Shown here piece after piece: positions 57,905 through 64,000 of a DNA stretch of 64,000 nucleotides. The notes beneath the pieces were generated by a model, which was not told the DNA's origin, did not search any database, and saw nothing but the letters and a program-made list of their open reading frames with translations. The position numbers and the translations under genes are program-made. The DNA is from Polyangiales bacterium (GTDB lineage Bacteria > Myxococcota_A > Polyangia > Polyangiales > Polyangiaceae): contig JBBRLQ010000014.1 in the NCBI GenBank assembly GCA_038231275.1, positions 32,001-96,000 on the forward strand, written 5' to 3'. Positions within the stretch are counted from its first letter, which is position 1; the number at the start of each line of letters is the position of its first letter.

Positions 57905-60184
57905 GTGCGCGCGAGCCGGCCGCAGAAGATCGCCGCGGCGTTCGTCGCCGTCGCGATGGGCGCGATTGGCTTTTTGCCGCTGTTCGGCGGGCCTGGATAC
58001 GAGCACGCGCTGGCGACGGGCCTCCTCGTCCCGAGCGCGGCGGCGATCGGCGTCGCGCTCGACGGCGTTCGGGATCGGAAGCGCTCCCCGCTCGCCGCGG
58101 TCTTCGGCGGCGCGGTCTTCGGCGGCGTCCTGGCGCTCGTGTCGCTCGCCACGGCGCTGCTCCATGGCCTCCGCGTCGGCGTGTGCGATCTTCCAGGCGG
58201 CGTCGCCACGTTCGCGTTGACCGGCGGGCTCGGCTCGGTCGCGGGTGGCGTGTGGGGGGCGATCGCCGGCGAGAGCGCCGCGGGCCGTCGCAACCCCCGC
58301 CTCGCCGCGGTGCTCGTCGCCCTCGCGGGGCCGCTCGCCACGATCGCGCTCGGCGTGTGGCGCTTCTACGCGACGCCCATCGTCTTCGCGTTCGATCCGT
58401 TCGTCGGCTACTTCAGCGGCACTCTCTACGACACGGTGATCGACGCCGGAACGCCGCTCTTCACGTACCGCGCGGGGACGCTCGCCGCGATCGGCGCCGT
58501 GATGCTCGGCGCGTCGGTCCTCGTGCGTGACGGCGCCCGCCTCCGGGTCGCGCGCGCGCGTCCTGCCGATCGTGCACGCGCGGTCGCGGCGTTGGTGCTC
58601 ACGATCGGGGCGTTCGGCGTCGCGGGCTCAGGCCATGCGCTCGGTCATTGGCAGTCGAGCGAGTCGATCGCCGAGGCGCTCGGCGGCGCGCGTGACGGCG
58701 CGCGGTGCCAGGTGAAATTCCCGCTCGGGATGCGCGATGACGAGGTCGACCTACTCGTGAAGGACTGCGAGGACGACCTCGCGAGCGTGGAGGCGGCGCT
58801 CGGCGGGCGTGGTCCGGCGAAGGTCACGGCGTTCTTCTTCCGCGACGCCGGCGAGAAGAAGCGACTGATGGGGGCGGCCGACACGTACATCGCCAAGCCG
58901 TGGCGAAAGGAGGTCTACCTCCAGGTGCACGCGTACCCGCACCCGGTGCTCGCGCACGAGCTCGCGCACGTCGTAGCCGGGAGCTTCGCGCCGGGGCCCT
59001 TTCACGTCGCCGGCGAGTGGGGCGGCGCGTGGCCGAACCCGGGCCTCATCGAGGGCATCGCCGTCGCCGCCGCGCCTGACGACGACGACTTGACCGACGC
59101 GCAGTGGGCGCGCGCGATGATGGATCGAGGCATTCTCCCGGAGATTCGCGCCGTCTTCGGCATCGGCTTCCTCGGCGCCTCGGCGGCGAAGAGCTACACG
59201 GTGGCCGGCGCGTTCGTCTCGTGGATGCTCTCGACCTACGGCAAGGACGCGGTGCGCGCGTGGTATGGCGGCGCATCCATCGAGTCCGCGACGAAGGCCA
59301 CGTGGGGAGAGCTCGACGCGGCGTTCCGCAAGGAGCTTGCAACCTACACGCTTTCTCCGGAGGCCGGCGCGGTGGCGGAGGCCAAATTTGGTCGGCCCGG
59401 TCTCTTCGGCCGAAGGTGCCCGCACGTCGTCGACGCGATCCGCCGCGAGGCCGATGGCTGTCGCGAGCAGGGGCAATACGACAAGGCGCTCGCGACGTAC
59501 GCGCGCGCGCTCGACCGCGACCCGCATGACTTGCCGTCGCGCCTCGCGCAGGCCGGCACCGAGCTGCGCTTTCGCGACGCGGAGACGGGGCGTGCGGCGC
59601 TGGAGGCGATCGCGGCCGACGCGACGCTGCCTCGGACCACGCGCGATCGGGCGGAGGACACCCTCGCCGACGTCGACTACCTCGATGGCCGCTTCGAAGA
59701 GGCGGCGTCGCGCTACGAGAAGATCGCCGCGCGCGTGCTCGACGAGGACTTTGCACGAAATCTGCTGGTCAAGGCGGCGGGCGCGCGCGATCCCGCGGCG
59801 CAGGTGGCGGTGAAAGCGCTCTTGCTGGGGGAGCGGAAGCGACCGAGCGATCCGTTCGTCGGCGCGGAGGAGCTCGGCGCGTGGAGCGCCGCGACGCACG
59901 ATCCGCTCGCCGACTACTTGCTCGGCAAGAACCTGGCGCAGCGCGGATTCTTCGGGCGCGCCGCCAAGCACCTCGATCGCGCGCTCGACGCGGGCCTCGG
60001 CTTGCCGGCGACTGCGCGCGAAGCGCTCCGGCAACGCGTCGTGTGCGCGTGCGCGATGGGTGACCTTCCGGCGCTCGCCCGCGCGCGCGCGGCCGTGACC
60101 GATCCGGAGGGCGCGTTCAAGGGGACCGCGGGAGGGCGTCGCGCGCAGACGCTCGCGCAAGCGTCACGGTGCGGTCCACGATGA
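57905..60184 (+). CDS. Multi-TM protein with gluzincin (peptidase MA-like) domain and C-terminal TPRs
   Basis: About 7 TM helices; HELAH...LIEGIA; KSY; TPR-like C-terminus. Confidence 0.75.
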   Translation: MRASRPQKIAAAFVAVAMGAIGFLPLFGGPGYEHALATGLLVPSAAAIGVALDGVRDRKRSPLAAVFGGAVFGGVLALVSLATALLHGLRVGVCDLPGGVATFALTGGLGSVAGGVWGAIAGESAAGRRNPRLAAVLVALAGPLATIALGVWRFYATPIVFAFDPFVGYFSGTLYDTVIDAGTPLFTYRAGTLAAIGAVMLGASVLVRDGARLRVARARPADRARAVAALVLTIGAFGVAGSGHALGHWQSSESIAEALGGARDGARCQVKFPLGMRDDEVDLLVKDCEDDLASVEAALGGRGPAKVTAFFFRDAGEKKRLMGAADTYIAKPWRKEVYLQVHAYPHPVLAHELAHVVAGSFAPGPFHVAGEWGGAWPNPGLIEGIAVAAAPDDDDLTDAQWARAMMDRGILPEIRAVFGIGFLGASAAKSYTVAGAFVSWMLSTYGKDAVRAWYGGASIESATKATWGELDAAFRKELATYTLSPEAGAVAEAKFGRPGLFGRRCPHVVDAIRREADGCREQGQYDKALATYARALDRDPHDLPSRLAQAGTELRFRDAETGRAALEAIAADATLPRTTRDRAEDTLADVDYLDGRFEEAASRYEKIAARVLDEDFARNLLVKAAGARDPAAQVAVKALLLGERKRPSDPFVGAEELGAWSAATHDPLADYLLGKNLAQRGFFGRAAKHLDRALDAGLGLPATAREALRQRVVCACAMGDLPALARARAAVTDPEGAFKGTAGGRRAQTLAQASRCGPR

Positions 60185-61461
60185 CGACGCCGATGCCGAC
60201 GCCGATGCCCATGCCGACGCCGACCCCGATGTCGGCGCGCAGCCGGCTCACCGCCGACGAGCTCGCCGAGTACATCGTCGAGATCGGCGGCACCCTCATC
60301 GCCTACGGCTGCCCGTCGTACCGCCTCGAGGAGGTGATCCGCGCCGTGGCGCGCAGCGACGGCTTCGAGGCCGAGGCCTTGGCGATCCCGACTGGCCTCT
60401 TCATCGAGCTGCGCGGTCGCGGTTTACCTGCGCCGATCAGCCGGATGGTGCGGGTGAAAGAGTGGGGCGTAGACCTCGATCGATTGACCCGCGTGGACGA
60501 GATTTTCAACGAGGTCGCCGACGACAAGATCACCATCCAGGCCGGTCGAGAACGCCTGCGCGCGCTCAAGATGGAGCCGCCGCGCTATCCGCTCTTTCTC
60601 AAGTACGTGGCGACGGCGCTCGTGTCGGCGTCCGCTGCGGTGTTTTTTCGTGGACGGCCCGGCGAGATCGCGACGGCCGCGGGCATCGGCGTGGTGATCG
60701 CTCTCCTCGGCAGCCTCCTCTCCAAGAACCCCTCGGGCCGCTTCCTCGTCGAGCTCCTCGGCAGCTTCACCGCCGCGACCGCCGCGTGGATCGTGACGCG
60801 CATCGATCCGACCCTGTCGCGCGAGGTCCTCGTCCTGTCAGGAATCATGACGCTGGTGCCCGGGATGACGCTCACGACGGGCCTCGCCGAGCTCGCGCGC
60901 AAGAACCTCGTCTCCGGAAGCGCGCGCCTGATGGAGGCGTTCGCGGCGTTTCTCCTCATCATCTTCGGGATCGCGCTGGCGTTGGGGATCGAGAAGGTCT
61001 CCGCCGGCAAGCTCCCCGACGTTCACGCCCGCGCCGGGATGACGTTCGAGGTCCAGGTCCTCGCCGTCTTCGGCGCGGCGCTGGCGTTCGCGGTGCTGTT
61101 CAACGTCCCGCGTCGCTACGTGTGGTCGGCGGTCGCCTCTGCGGGGATCGGGTGGATCACGACAGGCCTCGGCACGCGCTATCTCCCCGGTCAGGTCGCT
61201 GCGTTCGCCGCGGCGCTCGCGATCTGCATCTTCTCGAACCTCGCCGCGCGTATCACGCAGCGCCCTGCGCAGCTCTTCCAGCTCCCCGGCATGACGCTCC
61301 TCGTGCCCGGCAGCTTCGGCTTCTTGAGCCTCGAGGCCTTCCTGCGTGGCGAGCTTGCGGGCGGCGCGACGAAGGCGTTCGAGATGCTGCTCATCGCCGG
61401 TGGTCTCGTCGCGGGCATCCTGTTCTCGAACGTCATCCTCCCGGCGAAGAAGCTACTTTGA
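60181..61461 (+). CDS. ThrE family threonine/serine exporter
   Basis: LIAYGCPSYRLEE, PT, DLDRL and two LVPG motifs; about 10 TM helices. Confidence 0.9.
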   Translation: MTTPMPTPMPMPTPTPMSARSRLTADELAEYIVEIGGTLIAYGCPSYRLEEVIRAVARSDGFEAEALAIPTGLFIELRGRGLPAPISRMVRVKEWGVDLDRLTRVDEIFNEVADDKITIQAGRERLRALKMEPPRYPLFLKYVATALVSASAAVFFRGRPGEIATAAGIGVVIALLGSLLSKNPSGRFLVELLGSFTAATAAWIVTRIDPTLSREVLVLSGIMTLVPGMTLTTGLAELARKNLVSGSARLMEAFAAFLLIIFGIALALGIEKVSAGKLPDVHARAGMTFEVQVLAVFGAALAFAVLFNVPRRYVWSAVASAGIGWITTGLGTRYLPGQVAAFAAALAICIFSNLAARITQRPAQLFQLPGMTLLVPGSFGFLSLEAFLRGELAGGATKAFEMLLIAGGLVAGILFSNVILPAKKLL

Positions 61462-62391
61462 CGCGTCGCGCGCGCAGCGGAAGCCGTTGTTGTTGAACGG
61501 CGCCTCGGGATCGGCCTTGCCGCGGTAGTGGAGGCCGTTGCCCTCGCAGGTGCACACGCCGCACCACCAGGAGCCGCCGCGCAGCACGCGCTTTTCGCCG
61601 GAGGACGGGCCTTGCGGATCGCGCGCCGGGGCCTCGCGCGCGAGCGTGGCGTACGTGTCGGTCGCGTACCTATCGGAGGTCCACTGCCAGACGTTGCCGA
61701 CGGGATCGTAGAGCCCCCACGCGTTCGGCGGATACGCGCGCACCGGCGAGACGTAGACCCAACCGTCGTCGCGGAGGTTCTTCGCGTGCGAGGTGCCCTG
61801 CCAGAAGTTGAGCGCGAGGCGGCCGTCGCGCGTAGGCGCCGCGCCCCACGGGTAGCGCGTGCCGTCTGCGCCGGCGCGCATCGCGTACTCCCACTCGGCC
61901 TCGGTCGGCAGGCGCGCGCCACGGTGCGCGCAGAAGGCCGTCGCGTCGCGAAAGCTCACCATCACCACTGGCGCGTCGTCGCGCAGGAACGACGCGGTAT
62001 CTGCATCGGACGCGTCCTTCTCCGCGAATGGCCTTCGCCACGACGCGCCGGGCGCGCGCTCCCACTCCCAGTCGCGCATGCCCTCGCGCGCGACGACGCC
62101 GTAGCCGAGGTCGTCGGCGCTCGTGCGGTAGCCGGTAGCGGCGACGAATCGCCCGAACGCTGCGCGCGTCACCAGCGTTGGATCCATGTAGAATGCATGC
62201 ACGAGGACCTCGTGGGCCGGGGATTCGTCGGGCCTTCCGCCTTCGCGCCCCCGTACGAATCGGCCGCCCGGGATCGAAGCCATCGCGACCGTTGCGGACT
62301 CCGCCGGCGTCACGAGGCGAGGCGTCACCCCCTGCGGTCGCGGCGCTGGAGCGCACGAGATCGCGAGGAGGAGAGCGAGTGCGGCGCGCAT
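61453..62391 (-). CDS. Formylglycine-generating enzyme (SUMF1) family lipoprotein
   Basis: C-terminal part of ORF 61453..63102 from MRAALALLLAISC; RLPTEAEWEYA, YPWG, PNAWGLYD, GNVWQW, RGGSWWCGVCTC and GFRC motifs. Confidence 0.9.
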   Translation of the reverse strand: MRAALALLLAISCAPAPRPQGVTPRLVTPAESATVAMASIPGGRFVRGREGGRPDESPAHEVLVHAFYMDPTLVTRAAFGRFVAATGYRTSADDLGYGVVAREGMRDWEWERAPGASWRRPFAEKDASDADTASFLRDDAPVVMVSFRDATAFCAHRGARLPTEAEWEYAMRAGADGTRYPWGAAPTRDGRLALNFWQGTSHAKNLRDDGWVYVSPVRAYPPNAWGLYDPVGNVWQWTSDRYATDTYATLAREAPARDPQGPSSGEKRVLRGGSWWCGVCTCEGNGLHYRGKADPEAPFNNNGFRCARDASK

Positions 62392-62393
62392 CG

Positions 62394-63809
62394 TCAGAAC
62401 GTGTAGTTCAGGCCGAAGCCGATGAGGTCTGCGCTCGCGTGGTACGTGCCGCCGTTGATGGCCTCGAGCGGCGCGTTGCCCTTCAGCGGGTTGACGCGAG
62501 GGATCTGCGCCACCTCCGGCGCCACGACCACGCTGCTCGCGAAGAAATGCGCCCACACGGCGTCGAAGCGCCAGTGCTCGCCGAAGTGAACGCTGCCGCC
62601 GAGCGAGCCGATGACCTTGTCCATGTCGAGGCTGAGCAGCGACACATACGGCACTGGCACGGCGCTCGTCTCGTACGCGATGCCGGCGCGCGCGTCGAAC
62701 GGGTAGCCGGCGATCGCGAAGCGGTACTCGCCGCCGAGCCGGTACGAATTCGAGTTGTCGAAGCTCCGCGGGAACGTGATGTTCGGGATGCGTACGGTAG
62801 GCGGCGCGCCGGTGACGCCCTGGATGGCGACGTTCTGGTTGGCCGCATCGATCGCGTGGTGCGTGGTCCACATCTCGCGCACGTAGGCGATCTCGACGCG
62901 CAGATCCGGGATGGGACGCCCCTCGACTCCGACGCGGAAGACCGCGGGCAGCTCGAAGCGCACGTGCATCGTGTCGCCTTGGAGGGTCGCGCCGTCGAAC
63001 GCGACGTCGCTCGGAAGCCGGATGCGCAGCTTGGCGTCGGCGCTCACGATCGTGGGCGTCTGTGCCGAGATTCCGACGCGCACGCGCGGCTCGGGCAGCC
63101 ACACGACGCCGACATTCGCGCTAGGGGCAAAGATCGGCCCCACGCGGATCGCGCTCGCGGCGTCGAACTCCGGCTGCTCCGGCGCGCCGAGGAGCCGGTC
63201 CTGCGGGCTGGCGCTGAACGTCACGTTCGTCTGGTAGTAGCCGACCAGTGCCTGCACGCCCGCGCCGACGCGGAGCGCCTCGATGGGCTTGTACGACGCG
63301 AAAACCCCGGTGACCGCGAGGAGCGTGCCGTCGTACGAGCCGAGCGCGTAACGTGCGGGTGACGGCTTGCCGTTCACCGTGGAAGGGTACGTGACGATGG
63401 CGGGGTACGGGGCGAAGACGCCGCCCGCGAGGGTCCACTGCTTCTTTGCATCGAGGACGATCGAGCCGGCGAGCGTGGGGATGGGGATCACGGGCGAGGA
63501 GCCGTGCACGGTGTCGGAGGTGACGGTGCGCAGCGTGCCATCCGCGTCGACGATGCGCAGGGCGCGCGTGTAGTCGGCGGAGAAGCGGAGCCACGCGGCG
63601 TCCGACAGGATGCTCGTGCCGCAGTCGGCGAGACCGGCGGGGTTGTACCAGATGGCGCCGAGATCGTCGGCGCCGGCCACGAACGCCCCGGCGCGCCCCA
63701 TCGGCCGCACGCCGCGATCGGAGAAGTAGATGCCTGCGGCGCGCGACCGCGGCGCCACGAGGGCGGCCCCAACGAAGGCGAGCGCGAGGATCGCGCGAGA
63801 GATGCGCAT
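62394..63809 (-). CDS. FadL/TodX-family outer-membrane hydrophobic-compound channel
   Basis: Mature N-terminus AGIYFSDRGVRPMGRAGAFVA..DD..AIWYNPAGL; beta strands; C-terminal YTF. Confidence 0.88.
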   Translation of the reverse strand: MRISRAILALAFVGAALVAPRSRAAGIYFSDRGVRPMGRAGAFVAGADDLGAIWYNPAGLADCGTSILSDAAWLRFSADYTRALRIVDADGTLRTVTSDTVHGSSPVIPIPTLAGSIVLDAKKQWTLAGGVFAPYPAIVTYPSTVNGKPSPARYALGSYDGTLLAVTGVFASYKPIEALRVGAGVQALVGYYQTNVTFSASPQDRLLGAPEQPEFDAASAIRVGPIFAPSANVGVVWLPEPRVRVGISAQTPTIVSADAKLRIRLPSDVAFDGATLQGDTMHVRFELPAVFRVGVEGRPIPDLRVEIAYVREMWTTHHAIDAANQNVAIQGVTGAPPTVRIPNITFPRSFDNSNSYRLGGEYRFAIAGYPFDARAGIAYETSAVPVPYVSLLSLDMDKVIGSLGGSVHFGEHWRFDAVWAHFFASSVVVAPEVAQIPRVNPLKGNAPLEAINGGTYHASADLIGFGLNYTF

Positions 63810-64000
63810 CAGGGCAGCGTGGCCTCGCGGATGACCTCGTACACCTGCTCGAGGCCGCGCGCCGGGTTCACGCAGAAGTCCTTCACCTCGAACGCGATGC
63901 TCGCGTAGTCCGCCGCCGCGAGCTTCGTGCGCTCCTCAGGGTGCGCGCGGTTCACGTCGGCGACGACGTCGATGAGCACCTCGATCGGCGCCGGCGCGTC
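63809..64000 (-). CDS. C-terminus of an upstream hypothetical protein (partial)
   Basis: ...PIEVLIDVVADVNRAHPEERTKLAAADYASIAFEVKDFCVNPARGLEQVYEVIREATLP*; TGATG overlap with the FadL-like gene. Confidence 0.75.
   Translation of the reverse strand, partial: DAPAPIEVLIDVVADVNRAHPEERTKLAAADYASIAFEVKDFCVNPARGLEQVYEVIREATLP

Noticed and set aside
60181..60234. CCGAYG hexamer repeats at the thrE start (MTTPMPTPMPMPTPTPM) as a phase-variation tract
   Set aside because: Imperfect, with a unit length that is a multiple of 3, so slippage would not switch the gene off.
1..64000. CRISPR array, prophage, IS element, retron or other reverse-transcriptase system
   Set aside because: No regularly spaced direct repeats and no cas, integrase, transposase, phage structural or reverse-transcriptase motifs were recognised.

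Overview
High-GC (roughly 70% by eye) bacterial chromosomal segment. Gene content and style (many lipoproteins, Cys-rich exported proteins, Uma2, a TIGR04551-like barrel, a DUF2378-like protein) point to Myxococcota, probably Polyangiales; this is inference. It holds about 50 CDS, one tRNA-Leu(UAA) and two gene remnants. I saw no CRISPR array, rRNA, integrase or transposase. Exported hydrolases dominate: two ~1150-aa paralogous lipase-like lipoproteins plus a 640-aa relative, two papain-like paralogues, a CPAF-like S41 protease, and S9, M1, M16, Lon and gluzincin peptidases. Housekeeping or catabolic genes include glsA, hutH, gpsA, tsaB and lon. The best leads are: (i) an outer-membrane beta-barrel translationally coupled to a giant surface lipase-like lipoprotein, a candidate prey-lipid harvesting system; (ii) a set of sigma54-type promoters, several with an IHF-like AT-rich site upstream; (iii) one of these promoters points into a ~500-nt CU-rich, apparently non-coding region, a candidate sRNA or leader; (iv) the rare-codon tRNA-Leu(UAA), flanked by a frameshifted remnant and an atypical TTA-containing orphan kinase. 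All family calls come from motif recognition by eye, not database searches.
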